From a virus (Duplodnaviria; Caudoviricetes), in IMG/VR virus record IMGVR_UViG_3300014059_000006, positions 43,909 through 107,908 of that record: a stretch of DNA of 64,000 bases; one strand, written 5' to 3'. The notes beneath the pieces are model-generated. The model made no database searches and was not told where the DNA came from. It saw only the letters and a program-made list of their open reading frames with translations. Both the position numbers and the translations under genes were made by a program. Below, piece by piece: positions 39,601-49,677 of the stretch (position 1 is its first letter; every line of letters begins with the position of its first letter).

Positions 39601-41256
39601 GACATAGAAAACTTTAACTTTGACCTATTGGGAGGACTACAAAAATTTGTACATAGTGTAGATATGAGAAAAGAATTTGTTAATGTTCTTTCTTATTCTA
39701 AAGGATTGATGGAGGCATTGGGAGAAGATGAAACGACATTGGCTAATCAAGAACGTGGTCTCTTTGCACAATTTAATTTATTTAATTCTTCTAAAGCACT
39801 TAACGTTAACAAAAATATACGTTTAGATGCAATTGTAGAAACTATTAAAACTGTTCTATTTAATGAATATAAAAAAGAAGAACGTATGGGTGCGTTAGAT
39901 ATTCAAAAATGGGTGGGAAACATGAACAAGTTTTCAGCAATAAACACTCTTACATGGAATATACCGAGTGCTATGGTGAATATGTTATCAGGTAGAACAC
40001 AAATAATGATAGAATCTATGGCAGGTAGACTTTTTAATTACCAAGATTATCTAAAAGGACAAGTGGAATATTCTAAAAGAATGTCTACATATATAAATGA
40101 TGGTATGAAATTAGATTTTGGTAGATTCTCTCCTGAAAGTAAAATGTTATTGACATGGGGAGTTATGGCAGGGGGATTTGAAGAAAAATTAGGAAAAGGA
40201 TTTTCAAAAACTAAACTAAAGAATTTAGTTGGTTCGGGTTTTTATGGTTCTTATTTACGTGAATCTACAGAACATCATGTCCAAGTAACAGTTTGGTTGA
40301 CAGCATTGAAAAAGAAACACGTAGATGTGAACGGTAAAACCATGTCTTTGTTAGACCTTTATGAGAAATTAGCAAAAGAATATGATATTTATAGAATAGA
40401 AGATTTATATGCTAAACCCGAAATAGCCAAAAAATTTGTTATAACAAAAATTAAAGAAGGAACTCCTTGGGACCAGAAAAATGAAGATAGACTTAGAAAT
40501 AATATCCAAGGTGTAAATGCCGATTTATTTGGAGAATTTGATAAAATTAATAAAGCGGTGTTTGAAAAAACAGCATTAGGAACTGCAACTTATTTCTTTA
40601 GGAGACATGCTATTAGAATGATATCTAATCGTTTGTCTGGAGCTTACACACCACGATACAATATTACAACAGGAAGACTTAGTCAAGGATTTTATATAAC
40701 AGCATGGCATCAAATAATTAAACCTTTGTTTACATTACGATTTGATGTTATTTCCACCACTATAAGGGAAGCTGCTACTGAAGCAAGGGATTTGTCAGAA
40801 GAAGAAGTACAAAATATAAGAAGAGCTTTTGCCGAACTTTCTGCAATTTTAATATTAGCATTATTGATAATGGCATTGGGTGGAGATGATGATGAAGATA
40901 TGAAAGACAAATCTTTTATGACATTGTATATGTTATATTTTTCAAAGAAAGTAAAGTCTGAAACAGAACAATTTGTTCCCATCCCATTCTTAGGATTTAA
41001 TGAAATTATAAACACAGCTAAAAATCCGTCAATAGGTTTTAGTCAATTGGCAAGTTATAACAGAATATTTAATGATGTTCGTTATATTATGACCGGTGAT
41101 GAAAAAGCTGAAATGAGAGCTGATAGGGGATTTTGGGAAAAAGGTGATTCTAAACTTTTAAGAGATGCTTTAAAATTAACAACAGGGTTCACAGGTAATA
41201 CTTGGCACCCTGAAGTACTTAACACAAGTTTTGATTATGCTCAAAACCCACGATAA
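36643..41256 (+). CDS. Large virion cargo/ejection protein
   Basis: 1537 aa and helical, with a C-terminal hydrophobic segment followed by GGDDDED. It is the last gene of the vRNAP block. Confidence 0.7.
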   Translation: MNTCERKVVSTDETGFSYEETIAQYEERKRLLVEANKETTLQNNIDSIRQDNVKDTILTTIFDNITKISSKGLKDESVRKLAESNEDFQDTIEMLRKSNLNIKNKVINKARFLFNTATTYTKVGEYYEKRINEILSLVDNGQMEGSIAFEEMSQMASFYESMSKLANTIEKDLLALGLSPEEPIFSEFKRVDTINENINIKRRNFNVKYYIGDLFSNIDENNVEERFKDYTKSIKFQLERAEKKGRKLEANRLKELLSRLQTIKPSKENLEAVFKGERDDMNKLDFWFNALLRSSDTVVSSFRLKLTNLVAKVKANSVMKAPAFTKAFEDYVGETGETRTNLKNLYKGVYTQYKTYKYNFATKEIEATDAVRLNVWWDESAYSLAVATWQKEIEEFEEGSEAKQKKRREYWDWLAQNVQQAYTDEVTEAYDGMSEEAKEVLQNANEEVSFARMTLDEYYTIENEAAYDRAIHIQKNLRYENDIDGNKKGPKELKIAKEINEFYLKRKEFYIPISEDELEEATKEAQRKKDKDFSKLEILISKMQQRGDSQEKINSVTKLWKKKNERRVVDKSYTERVQAINDRLSEIQKEFFNPGEKETINELWDKIRNTVRKYRDDNGKIQGEYLTEGEINNIVAWRQEIDSLKMEAVGVSGMSINDKRNFTSLIDRYSIPKFNKETDKYYANYISKVVDLIKAKGTVEEARFAEYYKKEHQKANENKKNANLSMTEEEIAYYKTLKEERNSLYAELETLQSKETTENYANEYQRQLDLFIAREREKTGATGILTEEIKSFYNTQFKELSPWYKTNHTKVQKFNKESMRWQEVVEPIYIWQEILPRDKAMIKTFPAYHYYERKFKPEYVNDKQEMNPFDNEKALPKRGGIFDKKDEFFKKENENKPKQKLWKFYFDTYVEAQKDIESSLRPGTRLPAFEKEGIDRITEKGFSHIWEGIKRQFGRTELDTDEGIGLKENDFKKMFNVIPVLHMGNVDIENFNFDLLGGLQKFVHSVDMRKEFVNVLSYSKGLMEALGEDETTLANQERGLFAQFNLFNSSKALNVNKNIRLDAIVETIKTVLFNEYKKEERMGALDIQKWVGNMNKFSAINTLTWNIPSAMVNMLSGRTQIMIESMAGRLFNYQDYLKGQVEYSKRMSTYINDGMKLDFGRFSPESKMLLTWGVMAGGFEEKLGKGFSKTKLKNLVGSGFYGSYLRESTEHHVQVTVWLTALKKKHVDVNGKTMSLLDLYEKLAKEYDIYRIEDLYAKPEIAKKFVITKIKEGTPWDQKNEDRLRNNIQGVNADLFGEFDKINKAVFEKTALGTATYFFRRHAIRMISNRLSGAYTPRYNITTGRLSQGFYITAWHQIIKPLFTLRFDVISTTIREAATEARDLSEEEVQNIRRAFAELSAILILALLIMALGGDDDEDMKDKSFMTLYMLYFSKKVKSETEQFVPIPFLGFNEIINTAKNPSIGFSQLASYNRIFNDVRYIMTGDEKAEMRADRGFWEKGDSKLLRDALKLTTGFTGNTWHPEVLNTSFDYAQNPR

Positions 41257-41312
41257 GTAATTAGGAAAAGAACAAAAAATTGTTTATCTTATAGATGTAA
41301 TCTCCAAGATAA

Positions 41313-41966
41313 ATGAATCTATACAAATATACACCATATGCAATAGCGTTACTTTTGTTAACGCTATTGGTGCTTTTATTCGGGTCCACTGCTAATTTAA
41401 GAAAACAAGTGGATTCTTTACAAACAGAAAAAGACCTAATTAATCAACAGTTTAAATCAGAAAAAAATAAGAATGGTGAACTTATTACATTACAAGATAT
41501 AATTGTAACAAACGATAAAAAAATTATGGATTCATTGGTGCAAGAAATAAATTGGGGAAAACAAAAAATTAAAAACCCCAAGACAATAATAAAAGAAACA
41601 TTAGTGACAAAAATTGATTCTCTTTATGTTCCCTTCACTGATACACTTATAACTATTGTAGGGGCAAAATATGAATTTAAAGATTCCACTCCCTTTTATA
41701 ATCTCTCAGGAACGGTGGAATCAAAAGGAATTAAATTTAATACCATTTCATTTATAAATGAAAATACATACGTAATAAACAAAAAAAGATATAATGTATT
41801 TTATACTAAACCTGTTTTATACGTAAACACCAAAAATCCATACACAACCGTTACTGGATTAAAATCTATAACGTTAGAAAAACAACCTAATAAACTATTA
41901 AAATTTTTAACAGTATCTGCCTCTTTTGCTTTAGGAGCTTACGTCGGTATACAAATTTCAAAATAA
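41313..41966 (+). CDS. Membrane-anchored protein (spanin-like candidate)
   Basis: N-terminal TM helix, short coiled coil and C-terminal hydrophobic helix. The function is inferred. Confidence 0.45.
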   Translation: MNLYKYTPYAIALLLLTLLVLLFGSTANLRKQVDSLQTEKDLINQQFKSEKNKNGELITLQDIIVTNDKKIMDSLVQEINWGKQKIKNPKTIIKETLVTKIDSLYVPFTDTLITIVGAKYEFKDSTPFYNLSGTVESKGIKFNTISFINENTYVINKKRYNVFYTKPVLYVNTKNPYTTVTGLKSITLEKQPNKLLKFLTVSASFALGAYVGIQISK

Positions 41967-41969
41967 AAA

Positions 41970-44900
41970 ATGTCAACAAACTTTAACTCTATACGTAATC
42001 AAATCATTTCTTTATTTGGAAAAGAATGGGGAGCTAATTTAATTACAATTCTTGAAAACTATTGTTCAGACCCTTTTGATGGATGTAGTGGAATTCGCGA
42101 TTGTGAAACATTAACATCAATATCGTTTGAAGATGGGACACTTACGTTCGTCGATGAACATGGTGACGAAACTGTATTAGAAATAACAGGTACTTCAGGA
42201 CTTTCGGGATTTTCAGGAGCAAACGGTTCGTTAGGTGTTTCTGGTATTTCGGGGTTTTCTGGGTTTTCAGGATTCAGTGGAGCATCCGGTACATACGGAA
42301 GGTCGGGATTTTCGGGTGCCTCTGGTACATCGGGATTCTCAGGAACATCTGGTTTAAATGGTTTTGGGACTTCAGGATTTTCAGGAACATCTGGTAAATC
42401 AGGATTTTCCGGAACTTCTGGACTTTCTGGTTTTTCAGGAACAGGAGTTTCTGGGGTTTCTGGATATTCCGGAATTTCAGGAATAAACGGAAGTTCTGGA
42501 GTGAGTGGGTATTCAGGAATTTCAGGATTCTCTGGAACTTCAGGATTTAGTGGAATAGGAATCTCAGGGTATTCGGGTGTGTCTGGAATAGGAACATCAG
42601 GGTTTTCGGGGGTCTCTGGGTTTTCAGGTGTTTCTGGTTTCTCAGGATTTTCAGGATTCAGTGGAGTGTCGGGATTTTCGGGAGTTAGTGGATTTAGTGG
42701 AGAAGGTTCTTCAGGTATATCTGGTATATCAGGATTTTCAGGGACCTCTGGATATTCAGGAAAATCTGGATTTTCAGGTTCTAATGGAGACCGATATGCA
42801 ACTTTTTCAACAACATCAAATTCTCCAGCAAATGGAAGTAAATCTTTTACTGTTGAAACAGGACTGGCTTGGACAGCAGGACAGAGTATAAAAGTAGTGA
42901 GGACATCTGCACCATCTACAGAATATATGATTGGTAACGTTACCTCATATAATAGTGGAACAGGGGCTATGGTTATAAATGTAACTTCTTCAGCTACAGC
43001 AGGAGGAGGTCCTTTTACAGATTGGACTTTAAACCTTGATGGAACTGCGGGGGTAGCGGGTGCTTCTGGAACTTCGGGTTTTTCAGGGTTAGACGGAACT
43101 AGTGGAGTAAGCGGGTTTTCTGGAAAGTCTGGATTTAGTGGGACAAGTGGTTTTTCTGGTACATCGGGATTTTCAGGTACGAGTGGAACTTCAGGGTTCT
43201 CAGGAGTATCCGGATTTTCAGGAATAAGTGGAAAATCAGGATTTTCAGGATTCTCAGGAACGTCTGGGTTTTCAGGTACATCTGGTTTTTCTGGATTCTC
43301 AGGAGTTAGTGGAATAGGTACATCAGGATTTAGCGGGACTTCTGGATTTTCTGGAACGTCTGGATTCAGTGGCACTAGTGGAGCAGTAGGGGCTACAGGT
43401 TTTACAGGAACTTCTGGATTTTCTGGATTTTCAGGAAAAAGTGGATATTCCGGATTAGATGGACAAAGTGGTCATTCAGGAACATCAGGATTTAGTGGTA
43501 TAGGAACATCGGGATTCAGTGGTGTATCTGGATTTAGTGGAATAAGCGGATTCTCAGGGACATCTGGATTCTCTGGGACATCGGGATATAGTGGAACTTC
43601 CGGTTTTTCTGGAGCAAGTGGGACTTCGGGATTTTCAGGGACTTCTGGATTCTCGGGAACTTCTGGATTCTCTGGGACATCGGGAACATCTGGGATAGGT
43701 ACATCGGGATTTTCGGGAACAAGCGGATTCTCCGGAACTTCGGGATATAGTGGTACTTCTGGAATTTCAGGAATTTCTGGATTTTCAGGGGTGAATGGCG
43801 ACTTATATGCTACATCATCATCGTCTTCAAATTCAATAGGTACGGGTTCTAAAAGTTTCACAGTATCTACAGGATTAGCTTGGACTGCGGGACAGAGTAT
43901 TCGTGTAGTAGATACTGCTGCACCAACTACAAATTATTTAATAGGTACGGTTACTTCTTATAATTCTGGGACTGGTGCAATGGTTATAAATGTAACCACT
44001 ACAGGAGGGTCTGGTACATATACATCTTGGAATCTAAACTTAGATGGTACTGTAGGGGTTGCGGGAGCATCAGGTGTTTCCGGTTTTAGTGGAGTGAGTG
44101 GATTTTCAGGAATTTCTGGGTATTCGGGTACATCAGGATTTAGTGGGGTTTCCGGTTTCAGTGGTACATCAGGTTTTTCAGGAACTTCAGGGTTTAGTGG
44201 AACATCTGGTTTTAGTGGTACGTCAGGATACAGTGGATTCTCAGGAACATCTGGGTATAGTGGAACTAATGGTGCAACAGGTAGTTCAGGAACTTCAGGA
44301 TTTTCTGGGGTTTCTGGATTCAGTGGTGTATCAGGATTCTCCGGTACATCTGGGTTTTCGGGAGTTTCAGGATTTAGTGGAATAAGTGGATATTCCGGGG
44401 CTATAGGTATATCAGGTGCGTCTGGTTTTTCAGGTGCAACTGGGGCAGCAGGAACTTCGGGGTTCTCAGGAGTTTCGGGATATAGTGGATTCAGTGGGTT
44501 TAGTGGTGTATCTGGGTTTTCTGGAACAAGTGGATACTCAGGAACAAATGGACTTTCTGGAACTTCAGGGTTCAGTGGTACTAGTGGTTTTAGTGGTACA
44601 TCAGGAGCAACCGGTTTCTCAGGAAGGTCTGGAACTTCTGGTTTTTCAGGTACAAGTGGAACCTCTGGATTTTCAGGAGTTAGTGGTTTTAGTGGTACAT
44701 CAGGGACTAGTGGATTTAGTGGAACAAGTGGATTTTCTGGAACATCTGGGTATTCAGGGACATCCGGGTTTAGTGGATATTCAGGTTTTAGTGGAATATC
44801 TGGATTTTCGGGTGCTAATGGAGATTTATATGCAACATCTTCTTCTACGTCTAACACAATAGGAACAGGGAGTAAATCATTTACCGTAGACCCGGGATTA

Positions 44901-47297
44901 GCATGGACAGCAGGACAATCGATACGAATTGTAGACACTGCGGCACCTTCTACTAATTACATGATAGGTGTTGTTACATCGTATAACCCCGGAACAGGAG
45001 CGATGGTAATAAATGTTACATCGTCTGCTGGTTCAGGAACATTTACCTCATGGGATTTAAATTTAGACGGTACTCCGGGTATAACAGGAGATAGTGGTTT
45101 TTCTGGATATTCCGGTAAGAGTGGATATAGTGGAGTTAGTGGATTCAGTGGAACCTCTGGATTTTCTGGAACTTCAGGAACAAGTGGGTTTAGTGGAACG
45201 TCGGGATTCAGTGGAGTTAGTGGTACTTCCGGTTTCAGTGGTGTAAGCGGATTCTCTGGAACTTCAGGATTTAGTGGAATAGGTACTAGTGGATTTAGTG
45301 GGACTTCTGGGTTCTCTGGAACATCTGGATTCTCCGGAACATCTGGATATAGTGGGGTTTCAGGCTTCTCAGGAACTTCAGGAACTTCGGGATTCTCGGG
45401 ATATTCTGGCGTTAGTGGATTTTCTGGAACAAGTGGTACAAGCGGTTTTCCCGGAACAACAGGAACTTCTGGGTTTTCCGGAGTAAGTGGGTTTAGTGGA
45501 TTAGATGGTACATCTGGATACAGTGGAGTTTCCGGTTTTTCAGGAACATCTGGATTCAGTGGTGTTAGTGGTATAGGAATTAGTGGATTCTCAGGAACTT
45601 CGGGATATTCTGGAACTTCGGGATTTTCTGGTACATCAGGTTTTTCGGGAACTTCTGGTTTCTCAGGAGTTAGTGGATATTCCGGAACTTCTGGCTTTAG
45701 TGGAACTAGTGGAACTAGTGGGATAGGTACAAGTGGATTCTCAGGAACGTCTGGATTTAGTGGAACTTCTGGAACATCCGGAGTAAATGGAGATAGATAT
45801 GCTACATCTTCGGGGTCTACCAATTCTATAGGAACAGGTTCTAAAACATTTATAGTCGCTACTGGTTTGGCTTGGACTGCCGGTCAAACTATAAAAGCAG
45901 TTGATTCTGCAAATCCAACTGTAAATTATTTAATTGGAACTGTTACTTCATATGTTACAGGTACAGGTAATATGGTTATAAATGTTACAAGTACTGGTGG
46001 AAGTGGTTCTTATTCTTCATGGAATTTAAATCTTGATGGTACAGTTGGTGTTGCCGGTGCTTCTGGTGTTAGCGGGTACTCAGGAACGAGTGGGTTCTCG
46101 GGAACGAGTGGATTTAGCGGATTTAGTGGTACAAGTGGATATAGTGGGGTGAGTGGATTTAGCGGAGTAAGTGGTTTTAGTGGAGTGAATGGAGCAAGTG
46201 GTGTAAGTGGATTTTCCGGAGTGAGTGGATTTAGTGGAGCATCAGGAACATCTGGATTTAGTGGTATAGGAACATCGGGATTCAGTGGTGTATCTGGGTT
46301 TAGTGGAACAAGCGGATTCTCTGGAGCATCCGGTTTTAGTGGATTTAGTGGAATTTCAGGATACAGTGGTACGTCAGGATTTAGTGGTACGTCAGGGTTC
46401 TCAGGAACAAGTGGTGTTAACGGAACATCTGGATTCTCAGGATTCTCTGGTGTTTCTGGATATAGTGGGTCTTCGGGTTTTTCGGGTGTGTCTGGATTCA
46501 GTGGAACAAGCGGATTTTCAGGATTTAGTGGAGTAAGTGGATTCTCTGGTGTAAACGGAACTTCAGGATTTTCAGGAACAAGTGGATTTAGTGGTGTTAG
46601 TGGATTTTCAGGTACTTCCGGTTATAGTGGATTTAGTGGATTTAGCGGAACAAGTGGGATAAGTGGATTAAGTGGGGCAGCTCCTTCGATTCCAAAATCT
46701 ACTATTGCCACTGTATTTGAAGATTCACAACGTTTTACTGTAGCTGCTACGGGTACAACTAATTTCTCAACAGGTTTGGGATTATTTATGGACACTAATG
46801 TTTCAATTTCTGAAAATATTGTTACAACTCAAGCCTCAGGTAATAAAAATTGTTATTTAGGTAGCCCTACATTTACAACATCATTGGATTTTTATTCGGG
46901 AACAACCAATACACAAATTTATTTAGGTATGGGAGAAATAGGTGTTACAGGAATAGGTGGACATGTATTTACTGATTCACATATAGGATTTAAGATTGTA
47001 GATAATGCAGGTAGTCATACATTATATGCTACACAAGCAAATGGTACAACTGAAACATCTTCTATTTTAACTACATTGTCAACAGGAGATTTTTTAGATT
47101 TATATTTTGTAATGAATGCTTCATTAAATGTTAAATATTATTATAGAATTAATGGAGGAAATATAAGTTCAGCTACAACTTTGACAACAAATATTCCTTC
47201 TGTTGCAGAAAATAAATGGTTTGTTGCATCGAATAGTAGTGCTAGTGCTACAGGAGCCTCTATTGTTTATATTAATCATGCTTCGTACTCAAGATAA
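41970..47297 (+). CDS. Collagen-like (Gly-X-Ser)n fibre protein with four repeated globular domains
   Basis: Hundreds of G-[FTVIY]-S triplets interrupted by four ~85-aa homologous domains, with a unique beta-rich C-terminal domain. Confidence 0.85.
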   Translation: MSTNFNSIRNQIISLFGKEWGANLITILENYCSDPFDGCSGIRDCETLTSISFEDGTLTFVDEHGDETVLEITGTSGLSGFSGANGSLGVSGISGFSGFSGFSGASGTYGRSGFSGASGTSGFSGTSGLNGFGTSGFSGTSGKSGFSGTSGLSGFSGTGVSGVSGYSGISGINGSSGVSGYSGISGFSGTSGFSGIGISGYSGVSGIGTSGFSGVSGFSGVSGFSGFSGFSGVSGFSGVSGFSGEGSSGISGISGFSGTSGYSGKSGFSGSNGDRYATFSTTSNSPANGSKSFTVETGLAWTAGQSIKVVRTSAPSTEYMIGNVTSYNSGTGAMVINVTSSATAGGGPFTDWTLNLDGTAGVAGASGTSGFSGLDGTSGVSGFSGKSGFSGTSGFSGTSGFSGTSGTSGFSGVSGFSGISGKSGFSGFSGTSGFSGTSGFSGFSGVSGIGTSGFSGTSGFSGTSGFSGTSGAVGATGFTGTSGFSGFSGKSGYSGLDGQSGHSGTSGFSGIGTSGFSGVSGFSGISGFSGTSGFSGTSGYSGTSGFSGASGTSGFSGTSGFSGTSGFSGTSGTSGIGTSGFSGTSGFSGTSGYSGTSGISGISGFSGVNGDLYATSSSSSNSIGTGSKSFTVSTGLAWTAGQSIRVVDTAAPTTNYLIGTVTSYNSGTGAMVINVTTTGGSGTYTSWNLNLDGTVGVAGASGVSGFSGVSGFSGISGYSGTSGFSGVSGFSGTSGFSGTSGFSGTSGFSGTSGYSGFSGTSGYSGTNGATGSSGTSGFSGVSGFSGVSGFSGTSGFSGVSGFSGISGYSGAIGISGASGFSGATGAAGTSGFSGVSGYSGFSGFSGVSGFSGTSGYSGTNGLSGTSGFSGTSGFSGTSGATGFSGRSGTSGFSGTSGTSGFSGVSGFSGTSGTSGFSGTSGFSGTSGYSGTSGFSGYSGFSGISGFSGANGDLYATSSSTSNTIGTGSKSFTVDPGLAWTAGQSIRIVDTAAPSTNYMIGVVTSYNPGTGAMVINVTSSAGSGTFTSWDLNLDGTPGITGDSGFSGYSGKSGYSGVSGFSGTSGFSGTSGTSGFSGTSGFSGVSGTSGFSGVSGFSGTSGFSGIGTSGFSGTSGFSGTSGFSGTSGYSGVSGFSGTSGTSGFSGYSGVSGFSGTSGTSGFPGTTGTSGFSGVSGFSGLDGTSGYSGVSGFSGTSGFSGVSGIGISGFSGTSGYSGTSGFSGTSGFSGTSGFSGVSGYSGTSGFSGTSGTSGIGTSGFSGTSGFSGTSGTSGVNGDRYATSSGSTNSIGTGSKTFIVATGLAWTAGQTIKAVDSANPTVNYLIGTVTSYVTGTGNMVINVTSTGGSGSYSSWNLNLDGTVGVAGASGVSGYSGTSGFSGTSGFSGFSGTSGYSGVSGFSGVSGFSGVNGASGVSGFSGVSGFSGASGTSGFSGIGTSGFSGVSGFSGTSGFSGASGFSGFSGISGYSGTSGFSGTSGFSGTSGVNGTSGFSGFSGVSGYSGSSGFSGVSGFSGTSGFSGFSGVSGFSGVNGTSGFSGTSGFSGVSGFSGTSGYSGFSGFSGTSGISGLSGAAPSIPKSTIATVFEDSQRFTVAATGTTNFSTGLGLFMDTNVSISENIVTTQASGNKNCYLGSPTFTTSLDFYSGTTNTQIYLGMGEIGVTGIGGHVFTDSHIGFKIVDNAGSHTLYATQANGTTETSSILTTLSTGDFLDLYFVMNASLNVKYYYRINGGNISSATTLTTNIPSVAENKWFVASNSSASATGASIVYINHASYSR
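42786..46040 (+). repeat. Four copies of an ~85-aa domain (GD.YATSS...GSKSFTV.TGLAWTAGQSI...YN.GTGAMVINVT...W.LNLDG)
   Basis: Copies at about 42786-43043, 43797-44048, 44820-45071 and 45789-46040. Confidence 0.9.
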
Positions 47298-47328
47298 TTT
47301 GTATTATTAATATTTATTGTTACCTTTG
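47298..47328 (+). promoter_or_regulatory. Bacteroidota -33/-7 promoter
   Basis: TTTG-N19-TACCTTTG directly before the ATG at 47340. Confidence 0.7.
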
Positions 47329-47339
47329 TATTCATAAAT

Positions 47340-48014
47340 ATGAATAGTAATGTACTCCCGTCTTCATATGAATTATACTCTCATACAAAAATATGTGGGA
47401 TATACAAAATAACCTCTCCTTCGGGAAGGATTTATATTGGTAGTTCTAAAAACATTTATAAAAGATGGTATAGGTATGGGCACGAAAGTATAAAAAATCA
47501 AATTAAATTGTCTAACTCCATTCAAAAATACGGTTGGGCATCTCACACTTTTGAAATATTAGAGGAATGTGAAACTAATAAACTTTATTCCCTTGAAAGA
47601 GCTTGGGGAGATTTTTATAGTGTGATTACTACAGGATTGAATTGTCAATTACCCGGTAAAGAATCTATAAAACCCTGTATTTCAGAAGAAACTAGACAAA
47701 AAATAAGAATAAAAGCTACTGGAAGAGTTGTTTCAGAAGAAACAAGAAATAAACTTAGTTTAGCAAAAAAAGGTAAAAAATTATCATTGGAACATGTTGA
47801 AAAAATAAGAAATAATAGTAAAGGTAAAAAAATGTCAGAGGAAGCTCGAGAAAAAATTATCCTAAACTTATCTAAAATTATTTTAGACACTTCTACAGGA
47901 GTTTTTTATAACTCTGTTAAGGAAGCGGCAAATTATTTTAATATAAATTATTCGACTTTGAGGTCAATGTTACAAGGAAAAAATAAAAATAAAACAAACT
48001 TAATATATGCTTAA
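47340..48014 (+). mobile_element. Free-standing GIY-YIG homing endonuclease with NUMOD3-type repeats
   Basis: GIYKITSPSGRIYIGSS..I.KRW..Y plus repeated SEETR.K.S motifs and a C-terminal HTH. Confidence 0.88.
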
Positions 48015-49677
48015 TTATGAAAACATAGGGGGCTGGTTCAGTCCGAAAGATGTGGAAACGTATCGTCGACTTATAGATTATCTACCAGATAATAGTGTTA
48101 TATGTGAACTCGGTTCTTGGAAAGGACGTAGTATATGTTCTGTAGCAGATATTATACTTAAAAAAAATCTTTTTGTAAATATTGTAGACACATTTGAAGG
48201 TACAGAAAATGAAGGAGATGCTCACAAAGAAGCTAAACAAGTAGATTTATGTAAAGAGTTTTTTGAAACAACTGCTAAATTCGGATTAGATAAAGCAAAT
48301 TTAGTAGTTTATAAGTGTACTACTGACGAAGCTTTTGAAAAATTTAAAGAACTAAAACATTTAAAATTTGATTTTATTTTTATAGATGCTGACCATTCTA
48401 CAGAAGCAGTTACTAAAGACATTCAAAATTATTCGCAATTATTAAGAAATGAAAACTCAATACTTGCCGGTCACGACCTTTCGTGGCAATCTGTTCAAAA
48501 AGCTATAGAAAATTGTATTGAAGATATCAATACAATGACTCATAACGGAGAGAATCTATGGTGGTTCGAACCTCAGAAAGTCACATATAAAAAAAATATT
48601 TCTACAAATTTTAATGGTGTAACAGCAGTTGTATGTACAAAAGATAGATATCCACAACTATATAACACTCTTCTTTGTATTCAAAGCCAAAGGATTTCTC
48701 CTAAAGACTTGTTTATTTATGATGATAGTGATAATAAAATAGATATAAAAAACATATACGAATGGCAATCGTTGTGGAATATGTTAGAAACTCGAGGAAT
48801 TAATGTTGTTTATAAACCAACTAATAATCACGGACAAAATAAAAATCATCAAGATTCAGTAATAACTGCAACAACTAAATATATATGGAGAGTGGATGAC
48901 GATTTAATATTTGGACCCAATGTGCTGTATGAATTATTTTCAACAATATCATTGTCTCCTAAAATAGGTGCTGTTGGTCCAAGAGTATCTATGCCAAATA
49001 ACAACACAGTATTTGAACAAGTTTCAGGAAAAATGCAAGACATTTTTACTAAACCAGGAATACAATTAAGCATAAGTGGAGAAGGGCAACACGAAGTAGA
49101 ACATCTTCATTGTACTTTTTTATATGATAGGACATTAGGTGCTTCTTACCATCCTGATTTATCTCAAGTTGGTCATAGAGAAGAAACTATATTTAGTCAT
49201 AATATATTCAAATTGGGATACAAACTCATTGTAGATTTAAATGTAAATGTTTTTCATTTAAAATGTCCTTCCGGTGGAATACGTAGTGAACAAATGACTG
49301 CAGAAATGTTTGTAAGTGATGAACATAAATTCAAAGATTACTTAAACGATGTAACAGTTGTAGAAGAAAATGTTCCTGCCAAACTCCCTTTTTATTATTT
49401 AAATAATGGAATAGGCGACCATTTAGCTTTTAAACAACTTCTTCCTGAATTATTTTTAACTTCAGATAATTTACTTATTGCATGCGTTTATCCTGAAGTA
49501 TTTTGGGATATTCAAAATATACAAATTATTTCATTAGAAGAAGGAAAAAAAATTATAGCAGAACGCGGAGAAACAGAAAAAGATTATTCGGTATACGAAG
49601 TGATGCAAAATTCTGAAAAAGAATTTAGAGGAAACGGTAATTACATATTACAAGCGTATCGTAAATTGTATTTATAA
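48007..49677 (+). CDS. Fusion of class I SAM methyltransferase (Methyltransf_24-like), GT2 glycosyltransferase and a GT9-like N-terminal half
   Basis: Methyltransferase motifs ELGSWKGRS, FIDADH and GHD. GT-A motifs VCTKDR, YDD, RVDDD and REET. C-terminal NGIGDHL...IAC.YPEVF. Confidence 0.8.
   Translation: MLNYENIGGWFSPKDVETYRRLIDYLPDNSVICELGSWKGRSICSVADIILKKNLFVNIVDTFEGTENEGDAHKEAKQVDLCKEFFETTAKFGLDKANLVVYKCTTDEAFEKFKELKHLKFDFIFIDADHSTEAVTKDIQNYSQLLRNENSILAGHDLSWQSVQKAIENCIEDINTMTHNGENLWWFEPQKVTYKKNISTNFNGVTAVVCTKDRYPQLYNTLLCIQSQRISPKDLFIYDDSDNKIDIKNIYEWQSLWNMLETRGINVVYKPTNNHGQNKNHQDSVITATTKYIWRVDDDLIFGPNVLYELFSTISLSPKIGAVGPRVSMPNNNTVFEQVSGKMQDIFTKPGIQLSISGEGQHEVEHLHCTFLYDRTLGASYHPDLSQVGHREETIFSHNIFKLGYKLIVDLNVNVFHLKCPSGGIRSEQMTAEMFVSDEHKFKDYLNDVTVVEENVPAKLPFYYLNNGIGDHLAFKQLLPELFLTSDNLLIACVYPEVFWDIQNIQIISLEEGKKIIAERGETEKDYSVYEVMQNSEKEFRGNGNYILQAYRKLYL

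Noticed and set aside
662-41015. Numerous short minus-strand ORFs opposite the structural genes
   Set aside because: They lie within or overlap long + strand genes, have no motifs, and show composition typical of antisense shadows.
42059-46536. Long antisense and alternate-frame ORFs (PENPEVP repeats) over the collagen-like gene
   Set aside because: These are shadows of the GGN-NNN-TCN/AGT triplet repeat, which lacks stops in some frames. There are no independent expression signals.
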